In this document: piece after piece, positions 39,442-48,056 of the stretch
How positions within the stretch are numbered: the stretch's first letter is position 1
How the letters are laid out: the number at the start of each line of letters is the position of its first letter
Source of the DNA: Candidatus Dojkabacteria bacterium
GTDB taxonomy: Bacteria > Patescibacteriota > Dojkabacteria > B142 > JAFGFJ01
Assembly: GCA_016931155.1 (NCBI GenBank)
Contig: JAFGFJ010000006.1
Location: forward strand, 385,419 to 449,418
Length of the DNA: 64,000 nt
Reading direction: 5' to 3'
The notes under the pieces: generated by a model
Databases searched by the model: none
What the model was told of the DNA's origin: nothing
Seen by the model: the letters and a program-made list of their open reading frames with translations, nothing else
Translations under genes and position numbers: made by a program

Positions 39442-39550
39442 TCGGCATATCTGATGTTTTCGCCGAATTTGTTAATCAATACTTGAATATTAGCAGGTTC
39501 TTCTTTATTTCGAAAGACCATTGATTGACCGCCGAGCAGAGGCGAAAATA

Positions 39551-39592
39551 TGGGCGGAACAAAAAGGACATTCCTTTAAAAAATATTTGAGT
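39551..39592. repeat. intergenic repeat family copy B
   Basis: GGGCGGAACAAAAAGG followed by ACATTCCTTTAAAAAATATTTGAGT, identical to copy A. A related GCGGAACAAAAAA fragment is at ~37673. Confidence 0.7.
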
Positions 39593-39640
39593 CCTTTTTG
39601 TGTAGCCAGATATGCGTTGTTATACGCTGTAAATCAAATT

Positions 39641-40375
39641 TTACCCCTCTTTTATGCACTTAATAATTAAGAAAGGAGGAAATTCTTGTTTATATTTCTT
39701 CATCTTAGGATCAGTGATTACTTTTCCATCTCTATGTTTCGTGTATATTTCATGAAACCCAGAAAGTAAAAAACCTGCTGAAAATAAATTTGCTAAATAA
39801 AATCCGATTGAACGATGATAATGTGGATTGATATCATTAAACGTTATCACGCTTTCCGTCCTATAGCTTTTCATTTTATTGTAAATTTGCTCTTCAGCCT
39901 CTTCCCGAATTACATCATCTGTAATAGGATTTAAGATCGAAAAAATCAAATTTCCGCCTTTTTTAATAACACGACTACATTCATTGATTGTATCTTTAAT
40001 CGTTCTTATATCATGAAATGCCATATTTGAGACAATAAAATGAAATTTGCGGTCTTTAATATGTTCAAGAGCAGATGAATCTCGAATGAAATATTTAATA
40101 CCTAAAGGTTTTTTACTTTCGTGATCTTGGGCAATTTTAATTAGTTTATCAGCAATATCTATACCAGTTACTATAGCTCCTTGCTGAGCCAACCACCTTG
40201 AAAAATATCCCTGTCCACAAGCAAGATCCAAAATTTCCTTCTTTCTTATATTGCCGAGTAATTCTTTTATAATCGGATTAAGATATGTCTTATGGTATAA
40301 ATCACCAGTTTCTCCGACGCTTCGATTGTATTCATCGGCAATATTATTCCATGTTTTTTTATCATTAGATTTCAT
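39641..40375 (-). CDS. class I SAM-dependent methyltransferase
   Basis: Motif I ILDLACGQGYFS with post-I acidic residues. Confidence 0.7.
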   Translation of the reverse strand: MKSNDKKTWNNIADEYNRSVGETGDLYHKTYLNPIIKELLGNIRKKEILDLACGQGYFSRWLAQQGAIVTGIDIADKLIKIAQDHESKKPLGIKYFIRDSSALEHIKDRKFHFIVSNMAFHDIRTIKDTINECSRVIKKGGNLIFSILNPITDDVIREEAEEQIYNKMKSYRTESVITFNDINPHYHRSIGFYLANLFSAGFLLSGFHEIYTKHRDGKVITDPKMKKYKQEFPPFLIIKCIKEG

Positions 40376-40383
40376 AATGTCTT

Positions 40384-40403
40384 CGTAAAATTTGATTTAT
40401 GTC
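40384..40403. repeat. second repeat family, partial direct copy (GATTTATGTCGTACAACGTT)
   Basis: Exact 16-mer shared with 39426-39441. It lies 9-28 nt upstream of the methyltransferase start codon. Confidence 0.6.
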
Positions 40404-40523
40404 GTACAACGTTCATTTGTATGCGAGGTTTTGTGCCGTTTCATCGCATCTTTTCAGTATATTATCACATTCGTTCAGAAATGGAAGTTGCTTTGTATTA
40501 GCACTTTCGGAGGCACAAAATCT

Positions 40524-40568
40524 GGGTGGAATGAAAAAGACATTTCCTTAAATTTTTACAAAAGAGTC
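40524..40568. repeat. intergenic repeat family copy C (degenerate)
   Basis: GGGTGGAATGAAAAAGACATTTCCTTAAATTTTTACAAAAGAGTC. Confidence 0.55.
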
Positions 40569-40633
40569 TTTTTCATGGAACCGCATACAAATTGTTATAG
40601 GATGTAAATTTTATTCGTCGTTGTATTACCACC

Positions 40634-41269
40634 TTACATTATTATCTCGTCGCCACTACCGATAAGCTGAATTTTTTCGTCCCTTATTATCATAGCTTGA
40701 TCATCGTTCAAAATACGTATAGGTAAATCCAAATCCTTCGACTTTTCCTCCAATAGTTCTTTCATCTCAGAAACATAGTGAGCTTTCATTAAAAAAGGTG
40801 TTAGCTCCATGCCTTTAAAATCTGTTATTCCACAACGATCAAAACCTCGTTTAGACCAAGTAGCCATGATAATTGAAGGACATGCGATGTATGAACCAGC
40901 ACTTGTCCCAATGTAAACAAGCCCTTTAGGTAGTAATTCTTTGACTACTTCTTCAAAACCGCTTTCTCTAACAGATTTTAAAAGATAGAAAGTATTACCT
41001 CCTTCGACATATACAACATCATAATCAGAAAGCACCTTTTTTAATTCCTCTTTGGATTTGCCGGTTATATCGTACTCCGCGTAAGAAAAATTCAGCTTAT
41101 CCATCGATTGCTTTTGCCGTTCTATGTAATCAGTACTAGGAACCTTTTTAGATGCTGTTGTTACATAAAGAATCTTCGATTTAGAAAGAGGCTTAGGCAA
41201 AAAATCATCTAACTTATTGGCGGCGATTAACTTTCCGCTTGATGTAAGTATTATCGTTTTCATCTGCAC
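40634..41269 (-). CDS. peptidase S51 (PepE-like) family protein
   Basis: GTSAGS nucleophile-elbow motif in a class-I glutamine-amidotransferase-like fold. Confidence 0.55.
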   Translation of the reverse strand: MQMKTIILTSSGKLIAANKLDDFLPKPLSKSKILYVTTASKKVPSTDYIERQKQSMDKLNFSYAEYDITGKSKEELKKVLSDYDVVYVEGGNTFYLLKSVRESGFEEVVKELLPKGLVYIGTSAGSYIACPSIIMATWSKRGFDRCGITDFKGMELTPFLMKAHYVSEMKELLEEKSKDLDLPIRILNDDQAMIIRDEKIQLIGSGDEIIM

Positions 41270-41409
41270 TAAGAATAAAATTTATTTCCTATAACTGGTT
41301 ACTATGCGAACTATTTTCGTAATTAATACACCAATCTGTATGTTTTGCGAACTAATCTGGTATAATAACCTTAATCTAATTATCAGCATAATATCAAGAT
41401 CATATTGCT

Positions 41410-42224
41410 ATGAACAGCGAATTGCATAAAACCACTCGTGAGCTTAAAATTCGTGACTACAGTCCCAAAACCATCAATAGTTATATGAATGGTCTCAAGA
41501 ATATTTTTCTTTTAGAATAGTGAACTTAAATCAACTGGATACTGATAATATCAAGGACTTCCTGCTCTACTGCAAAGATAAAAATATTTCAGCCAAAACG
41601 AGAAACCAGTATCTTAATGCAATCAAATTCTACTACTACAAGGTTATTAATGTCAGAGATAGAATAGAAATCAGATCTGCCAAACGAACTAAAAGTCTTC
41701 CTATTGTATTAAATCGATCCGAGATTAAAGAGTTAATAAATGCTACAAATAATCAAAAACACAAATTGTTGCTCTCAGTTGCATATGGAGCTGGTTTAAG
41801 GGTCAGCGAAGTTGTAAGTTTGAAAGTTAAAGATATAAATTTTCAAAACTTGACACTTCATATCAAGCAGTCAAAAGGAGATAAAGACAGAATAACTATT
41901 TTCCCCAATAGCATTATAGATAGTTTAATTGCAATCACTGGTAGTAAAAGTAGAAATGAATACGTTTTCTCAAGCGAAAAAGGTGGGAAACTGACTACAC
42001 GTACTGCACAGAAGGTATTCTCTAATGCACTAAAAAGGTCAGATATTAAAAAAGATGCCTCATTCCATACTCTCAGGCACAGCTTTGCTATACATTTACT
42101 TGAGAATGGAACGGACGTACGTTATGTACAGGAGTTACTTGGGCATCAAAATATAAGGACAACCCAGAGATATACCCACGTTACCAATCCTCAGCTTAGA
42201 AACATTAAGAGTCCTTTAGTTTAG
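41410..42224 (+). pseudogene. tyrosine recombinase/integrase (XerC/D-like) interrupted by a frameshift
   Basis: A 36-codon ORF (ATG at 41410; ...IRDYSPKTINSYMNGLKNIFLLE*) encodes the start of the N-terminal SAM-like domain. The remaining 234 codons (41520-42224; C-terminal R...HxxR...Y catalytic region ending HTLRHSFA...RYTHV) are in another frame. The frames overlap at 41481-41520 across a TTTTTCTTTT run. Confidence 0.65.
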
Positions 42225-42593
42225 AAAATATAAATTTAAAGTTACTGTAATTTCGAGGATTTCTGAAATTTTATTCTTATGTCTTTCTAATATACCACCA
42301 CTAATTACAACAGCATTCGTATGAAGTTGATATGAATGCTAATAGTAATAAATTTGTTTTTTTGTTTTGGATTTTAGGCAGAGTGGTTTAGGGGCGAATG
42401 CCCAAAATTTGATACTCCTTATTCTTTATTCTTTTGCATAAACACTTTCAATGCTTATGTCAGCTAAAAAAACAGGTAGGAAATCATAACCATTAGAAAT
42501 ACTGTCTTGGTTTGCTGCTTCATTATTTCCCCTCATTTAAATTAAGAAAATTTTTCACACGTTCCTTATTTTTAAAAAGACCCTTTTCCTAAC

Positions 42594-42683
42594 TGGCGGA
42601 GAGGGCGGGGTTCGAACCCGCGTGGCGCTTTCGCACCGCGTCGCTTTCCAGGCGAGCCCTTTAGACCGCTCAGGCACCTCTCC
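42594..42683 (-). tRNA. tRNA-Ser (anticodon GGA), long variable arm
   Basis: Reverse complement ggagagg...ctGGAaa...gcgggttcgaaccccgc...cctctcc-g-cca. G73 is the discriminator base. The 3' end faces the integrase gene. Confidence 0.75.
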
Positions 42684-42779
42684 GCTTCGGCTTTATTACA
42701 TCAGCCTTACCGCTCCATGATTTTATCACAAAAACTGTCTCCATCTGGATCGTTTTGGGCTCGTTGTTTTTGGATCGGT

Positions 42780-44384
42780 TTATTGATCCGGTGTTGAGGT
42801 GGGAGTAGGAGTAGGCTCTGCAGGTCCAACTACGATTTTTATATTTTCTTTGTATGGACTTAAGCTTATGCCAAGGGAATCAGGATCTGTATAAACCTTA
42901 TCAGTTTCGAAGTATTCTTTAAGAAAATCAATAGTTTCAGGATTTTTCCCGTTAGTGAAATCATATATTCTTATACCGGTCTTTTCTGCTTTCTTCTCAG
43001 TCAGATAGGTGATAATTCCAAGCGGGGCCTCATGGTTTTTGAGAGCGGTAGCCTTGTCATCGGCAGGATAGCTTGCCCCCGTTCTATTTGAAATAACCAG
43101 ATGTGCCTGCTCATTGTAGAGAGCGCCCCACTTCCACAAACCTTCAAGCTCTTCCTGTATGGCTTTATATGTTTTATCTCTCGCTTCTATGACATAACCT
43201 CTATTTTGATCAGTTGGCGGGTGATAAATATATTTACCTGAGCCTCCGAAGTTTGGATCAAGTACAATACTTATTGGATCCTTGTCTATCTTGTTAATAA
43301 GATCGAGTCCAGCAAGCATATCTTCAGATGTGATGTTGACTTCAACATTTTTGCTGATTGTTTGTAGAATGTCCCAGTACTTTGTTGCCCTGTCTTTAAG
43401 TGAAATTTCCTCGGCAAATGCTTTTTCTTTCAGGGCAGTGATAATTTCCTGTTGTCTTTCTCCTCTACTGAAGTCGCTGGAAAGCGAGGAATCTCCAGAA
43501 TAAAGATATCTAAATCTTGAATAAACCAGTGCCTTTTCTCCGTCAAGGTGATTTTCTCCTTTCTGAAACTCATATCTTAGCCAGTGATTTGGATTTTGTG
43601 CAGTCGGATTGTCGTTGGGGTATTTTGCAACAAAACCATCCTCAAGGTAAATATTTACTCCACCAAAAGTATCGACTACATCTTCTACTGCTTTAAGTTT
43701 TACTACGGACGTATAATGTATCGGCTGTCCGATAATATCTTCTACCACTTGTTGAAGAAGTACTATGCCATTATCCACGTCGTTTCTGATCTCACCTGTC
43801 ATATACACAGAATTGATTTTCATAGAAAATGGCCCTGCTATGACCTGTCCCGTTTCGTCTTTTATCTTGAATGTAACCCAAAAATCCCTGGGAATTGATA
43901 TAAGCATTGTCTGCCCTGTCTCATGATTAAGTCTGGCAACCATTATCGTATCAGTATTTTGAAGATCGCTGCCTCTCCCGGATTCTCTGGTATCGAGACC
44001 CACAATCAGTGCGTTGGTATATCCATTATGTTGCATAAGTTGGGGTCTGAATGCTGCCGTCCAGCAGGATGGGTCAAGAATATTTGAGCAAGTGTTGTTT
44101 ACTCCTGCTTTTCCATCATTCCCGGAAATTCTTTTCTGGAGCTCACTCCATCTGTATGCTGCGAATCCAAAAGTGCAAAAAACAATAATTATTAAAAGAA
44201 AAAGTAAAACTCTTTTCTTAGTAAAGAAAATTTTTCGTGTGCCTTGATGTCTGTAAGACGGAGTCTCCTGGGATAGTTGGTGGGGTTTTGTATTCCTGTT
44301 CAATTCTTTCCTTGGAGTATTTACTGCTTGCAATTGTGTCAGCTCTCCTTCTTTGTTGTATGTTCCTATTCTTACTGTCTTCAT
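42780..44384 (-). CDS. LytR-CpsA-Psr (LCP) family cell-envelope phosphotransferase
   Basis: N-terminal TM, then the LCP core ALIVGLDTRE...SDTIMVARLN...LISIPRDFWV. Confidence 0.75.
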   Translation of the reverse strand: MKTVRIGTYNKEGELTQLQAVNTPRKELNRNTKPHQLSQETPSYRHQGTRKIFFTKKRVLLFLLIIIVFCTFGFAAYRWSELQKRISGNDGKAGVNNTCSNILDPSCWTAAFRPQLMQHNGYTNALIVGLDTRESGRGSDLQNTDTIMVARLNHETGQTMLISIPRDFWVTFKIKDETGQVIAGPFSMKINSVYMTGEIRNDVDNGIVLLQQVVEDIIGQPIHYTSVVKLKAVEDVVDTFGGVNIYLEDGFVAKYPNDNPTAQNPNHWLRYEFQKGENHLDGEKALVYSRFRYLYSGDSSLSSDFSRGERQQEIITALKEKAFAEEISLKDRATKYWDILQTISKNVEVNITSEDMLAGLDLINKIDKDPISIVLDPNFGGSGKYIYHPPTDQNRGYVIEARDKTYKAIQEELEGLWKWGALYNEQAHLVISNRTGASYPADDKATALKNHEAPLGIITYLTEKKAEKTGIRIYDFTNGKNPETIDFLKEYFETDKVYTDPDSLGISLSPYKENIKIVVGPAEPTPTPTSTPDQ

Positions 44385-44386
44385 TT

Positions 44387-44821
44387 TTACTTCCCTGCCG
44401 AATCAAGTATTAGATTTACTAAAGAGTCTGCAAATTTATTTTTTTCTCTAGGTATATGAATAAACCTGATGGATTTGAAACTTCCCGAAACGGCATCAAC
44501 TTTCTTCTTTAAAATCTTCATCTTGTCGTCTTTAACTCTGTACTCACCATTCAGCTGCTTAACAATAAGCTCACTGTCCAGAAAGCATTCAATATTTTCT
44601 CCAGCCAGCCTTTCGGCTATTTTCAGTCCAAGGATAAGTGCCTCGTACTCAGCCTGATTGTTTGTTGAGTTACCAAGGTAATCAGCGTCAAACTTCAGTA
44701 GATCATTATTTTCTGCATTAAACACAAAGGCAGCAGCAGAAGCCGGTCCTGGGTTCCCTCTTGCTCCACCATCTGAATATATTTTTAAATCCATATTATA
44801 TTTGTCGTTTATGGAGTACAA
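44387..44821 (-). CDS. rnhA: ribonuclease HI
   Basis: KIYSDGGARGNPGPASAAAFV with the DEDD catalytic arrangement. 144 aa. Confidence 0.8.
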   Translation of the reverse strand: MYSINDKYNMDLKIYSDGGARGNPGPASAAAFVFNAENNDLLKFDADYLGNSTNNQAEYEALILGLKIAERLAGENIECFLDSELIVKQLNGEYRVKDDKMKILKKKVDAVSGSFKSIRFIHIPREKNKFADSLVNLILDSAGK

Positions 44822-44905
44822 AGACCATTTTTAATGGCTTGTATAGATTATAACAAGATGCGACAAATTAAAAGAAAAATTGCTATAATTGCCCACTCAA
44901 ATAAT

Positions 44906-44976
44906 TGCGGGATCGTCTAATGGTAGGACAAGTGCCTCTGAAGCACTCGATCCAGGTTCGAATCCTGGTCCCGCAA
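44906..44976 (+). tRNA. tRNA-Gln (anticodon CTG)
   Basis: tgcggga...ctCTGaa...ccaggttcgaatcctgg-tcccgca-a. No CCA is encoded. A TATAAT box lies at 44884-44889 upstream. Confidence 0.75.
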
Positions 44977-45037
44977 TTCGACTCCTTCCGCTTTGCGGAA
45001 CTCGCTCATTGCAGGCAATATTTGAAAAGTCGAATTT

Positions 45038-45047
45038 GGTTCGAGCC
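45038..45047 (+). repeat. T-loop-like near-palindromic decamer GGTTCGAGCC (copy 1)
   Basis: TTTGGTTCGAGCCAA lies 60 nt after the tRNA-Gln 3' end, and the flanking TTGG/CCAA can extend the hairpin. Confidence 0.6.
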
Positions 45048-45079
45048 AATGATACTAAATATTAGTTCAGCCTAAAAAG

Positions 45080-45649
45080 ATGACCGAAATTTCTAAAAAT
45101 CACCCTACAATTGCTTCCTGCGGTATAGATTGTGGTTTGTGTCCAAGATTTTATACAAAAGGCCGCTCAAGATGCCCAGGCTGTGGTGGTTCAAAATTCT
45201 CGAGCAAACATCCTTCATGTTCAATTCTAACTTGCTGCGTAAAGAAGAACAATTTCGAAGTATGCTCAGAATGCAACCAATTTCCTTGCTCAAAAATGAG
45301 AGATTGGGATAAAGGTGATTCTTTTGTTACTCATAAAGTATCATTGTCAAATTTGAAGTTAATAAAAAACCAGGGTATAGATAAATTTCTAAAACAGCAA
45401 AGAAGACGAATTGAGTTTCTAAAAATGTTTATGAAAAACTTTGATGAAGGACGATCAAAAAGTTTTTATTGTATTTCATGCACTCTTTTACCTATCAATT
45501 CTTTAGAAGAGTCAATAGAATTTAGTAACCAGAAAATAAAAGAAGGGAAAATAAGACACAATGATTTAAAAGCAAGATCAAAAATATTGAGAGAACAGCT
45601 TAAAAAGTTTGCTATAAAAGAGGGTATCGAATTAAAATTAAGAAAATAG
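45080..45649 (+). CDS. Cys-rich DUF3795-like putative metal-binding protein
   Basis: CGIDCGLCPRFY...RCPGCGG...CSILTCC...CSECNQFPC cysteine ladder. Confidence 0.5.
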   Translation: MTEISKNHPTIASCGIDCGLCPRFYTKGRSRCPGCGGSKFSSKHPSCSILTCCVKKNNFEVCSECNQFPCSKMRDWDKGDSFVTHKVSLSNLKLIKNQGIDKFLKQQRRRIEFLKMFMKNFDEGRSKSFYCISCTLLPINSLEESIEFSNQKIKEGKIRHNDLKARSKILREQLKKFAIKEGIELKLRK

Positions 45650-45731
45650 TTTTAATCAGAAGGATCAATCAACCTATCCCAAACGAAACCTTTGGCATAA
45701 TAATCTCAGCGGTGGGATGGACATAGAAAAA

Positions 45732-46004
45732 GGTTCGAACCTTGTCCAATTCCCGCAAGTGTATTTTAAGAAATTTCCACCGCGTGAAAGCATCGATAAT
45801 AAAGGCTAAACAACACTTAGTTTGGTTCGAGCGACAATTTGCCCTATCCCTGTAAATTGACAATATATGATTATACAACAGCAATAAATAAGGTTCGAAT
45901 CCAGATTGCTATCCAGCTTGCACAGAATATATGATTGACCATATAAATATCGGTTCGAGCCGAGTTAATTCAACATATATTTGAGATGACTTTTGGTTCG
46001 AGCC
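45732..46004 (+). repeat. cluster of five GGTTCGA(G/A)C(C/G) decamer copies
   Basis: Copies at 45732 (AAGGTTCGAACCTT, a perfect 14 bp palindrome), 45824 (GGTTCGAGCG), 45892 (GGTTCGAATCC), 45952 (GGTTCGAGCC) and 45995 (TTTTGGTTCGAGCCAAAA hairpin). All are in the same orientation in a 680 bp noncoding stretch. Confidence 0.65.
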
Positions 46005-46013
46005 AAAAATTGC

Positions 46014-46268
46014 TTATCTGTCACTACTTTCTGATGATTCAATAAAATCTTCTAACCATAAATCATACTTATCTCCATATTGTTCTTTCTTTTTACTGTA
46101 GAAATTTTGAATTACTCTACCGAAATTTAATAATCGATAGGCAATTGTCTTTGCTTCTGTTTCAGTTAATTTTCTTTTGTAACGTTTCTCGAAGATTCCG
46201 CAGATCAGGGACAAATATTTTTGTGAAAGGTTTGACATAATATATAAAAAATAAATTATTATTTCCAA
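46014..46268 (-). CDS. small hypothetical protein (84 aa), divergent from the two-gene locus
   Basis: Its start is 63 bp from, and divergent to, the 574 aa gene start. No motif is recognised, so it could be spurious. Confidence 0.3.
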   Translation of the reverse strand: MEIIIYFLYIMSNLSQKYLSLICGIFEKRYKRKLTETEAKTIAYRLLNFGRVIQNFYSKKKEQYGDKYDLWLEDFIESSESSDR

Positions 46269-46331
46269 TATGAATACAAAAGAATATAATTACAAAAGGA
46301 GTAGATAGCTAATAAAATAGATAAAACTAAT

Positions 46332-48056
46332 ATGAACACAATTGAGGATTTAGGTAAAAACAGATCAACACAACATACTATAGGAGAGCTGGCTGTTAAT
46401 ATATTTAGGAGCATTTTAACTACTAATGAGAAAGAAGTAATTTTCACAGAAACTCCTAATCAACACGATTATGGTATCGATGGTCAATTACAAATATTCA
46501 ATGCAACTATTAAAGGGAAGCAACATTCAGGAATTTATTATCATGTTCAGATAAAAGGGGAAGAAGTACTTAAACTTAATAAAGATAAAAGTTACATAAA
46601 GTATCCCTTAAGCCTCAGAGATGCTAGAAGTCTTTTAGAAATTACAAAAATGCCAACTGCATTTATTTTAGTAGATACAACTAGTAGAGAATGTTATTGG
46701 TTTGATCTACAAACAAATGATATGTTTAAACAGAATTACCAGAAAAGCATATCAAAGTATCTTAAAGCTAAGAAGAAAGTAGAAGATCCGTCAATAACTA
46801 TTTCAATTCCCACTGCAAATAAACTTCCTTCAACGTGGGATGAATTACTTAGCTATTTTAAAAATGCCGCAACAAGTCTTAGCAAAAGAGAAAATATTAG
46901 CAGTTTAAAATCTATGTCTTTAGATAAGGCATTACTTGAAATTGATGATTTTGAAGGCACATTGGATTTACCTGGGATGGATAAGATGTATAGAAATGAG
47001 CAAGCACTTCCATATCCGGGAACCATACTTTCTGTTAGCAATTGCAAAGGTAAGGTAATAGACTATGTTCCGGGTAAAAACTGTGATCCCTCGAATATCC
47101 CTAGTGTTAACTTTAAAGTGAAGTTTAAGAAAGACGATCAAAAGATTGATATTTTTCAAGAAGTTATTAAAAAAGGTAACGGCTCAATAACCTTAGAACC
47201 TGAAAATATTGAAGAACTTGTTTCCAAAACAGGTGATAGAGAACTTTTTCAAATATTTGAAAAGTCAAATGTATCCCTCACGATCTCACCCGTGAGATCA
47301 AATATCAGGCAGAATATTATACATATTGGGATACCTGGGAAAAGTGATTCATTAACCCTCAATGTAAATACCTGGAGGGAACGAAATGAGATAGTAATTA
47401 AGAGTAATTCAAATATTCCTCAGCTCGTATCGATAGATGCTAGGTTTGATATCGTAACTAAGCAAGGGAAAATGAATTTTCAAGTGAATACAAGCGAAAT
47501 AACTAGTATAAAAGAAGAAGTTGAGATAACAAATTTCTATAAACAAGTTACAGATTGCTTAGACTTCTATATCGATTATAAAGGAATCAGGAAGAAAGCT
47601 TTCAATATATCGGTTCCAAAACATTTAGGTATAAGTGAAAAATTCATAGAAGTAATAGAAGCACTTAGTTTAATAGAAGAAATTACAAAAGCCTTCATTC
47701 CTTACCCTCTTCCAGATAGAATTACAGTAGCAGACTCATATAATATTATTTGGATACGTGATTTGATTTCTAAAGGTAAAGCAAACAAATCGTTAACTAT
47801 TGATTTTACTCTTGAGTCTGATCCCCCTACTGAAGTCACTGAAGGGAATTATGTCTCATTCAGAGCAAGCCCAGCAGAATTTAATATCTTTGGGAAACCT
47901 TATGTTTTATCCAACTATTTACTCGAAATTCAGGGGAAGATTATTAAATTAGAAAAGAATAAAGGAAAGAAAAATTCCTATAAGATTACAATCGAGAATG
48001 CTGAGCATATATTAAAACTTAGTGAAGAAGAATCAAATGATACAGGGAACAATTAA
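46332..48056 (+). CDS. large hypothetical protein with an N-terminal PD-(D/E)xK nuclease-like (DUF4365/Mrr-like) motif
   Basis: 574 aa. The first ~80 aa contain GELAVNIF...NQHDYGIDGQLQIF...YYHVQIKG, a D...D...(V)QxK restriction-endonuclease-fold signature. The rest has no recognised motif and no P-loop. Confidence 0.6.
   Translation: MNTIEDLGKNRSTQHTIGELAVNIFRSILTTNEKEVIFTETPNQHDYGIDGQLQIFNATIKGKQHSGIYYHVQIKGEEVLKLNKDKSYIKYPLSLRDARSLLEITKMPTAFILVDTTSRECYWFDLQTNDMFKQNYQKSISKYLKAKKKVEDPSITISIPTANKLPSTWDELLSYFKNAATSLSKRENISSLKSMSLDKALLEIDDFEGTLDLPGMDKMYRNEQALPYPGTILSVSNCKGKVIDYVPGKNCDPSNIPSVNFKVKFKKDDQKIDIFQEVIKKGNGSITLEPENIEELVSKTGDRELFQIFEKSNVSLTISPVRSNIRQNIIHIGIPGKSDSLTLNVNTWRERNEIVIKSNSNIPQLVSIDARFDIVTKQGKMNFQVNTSEITSIKEEVEITNFYKQVTDCLDFYIDYKGIRKKAFNISVPKHLGISEKFIEVIEALSLIEEITKAFIPYPLPDRITVADSYNIIWIRDLISKGKANKSLTIDFTLESDPPTEVTEGNYVSFRASPAEFNIFGKPYVLSNYLLEIQGKIIKLEKNKGKKNSYKITIENAEHILKLSEEESNDTGNN

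Noticed and set aside
41300-41360. Direct 9-mer TGCGAACTA repeated 43 bp apart upstream of the integrase (possible arm-type sites).
   Set aside because: It is too short and has only two copies. It could not be distinguished from chance without more copies.
45669-45884. 71 aa minus-strand ORF in the decamer-repeat region.
   Set aside because: It overlaps several T-loop-like repeat copies, has no RBS, and has a compositionally odd Cys/Arg-rich translation, so it is likely noncoding.
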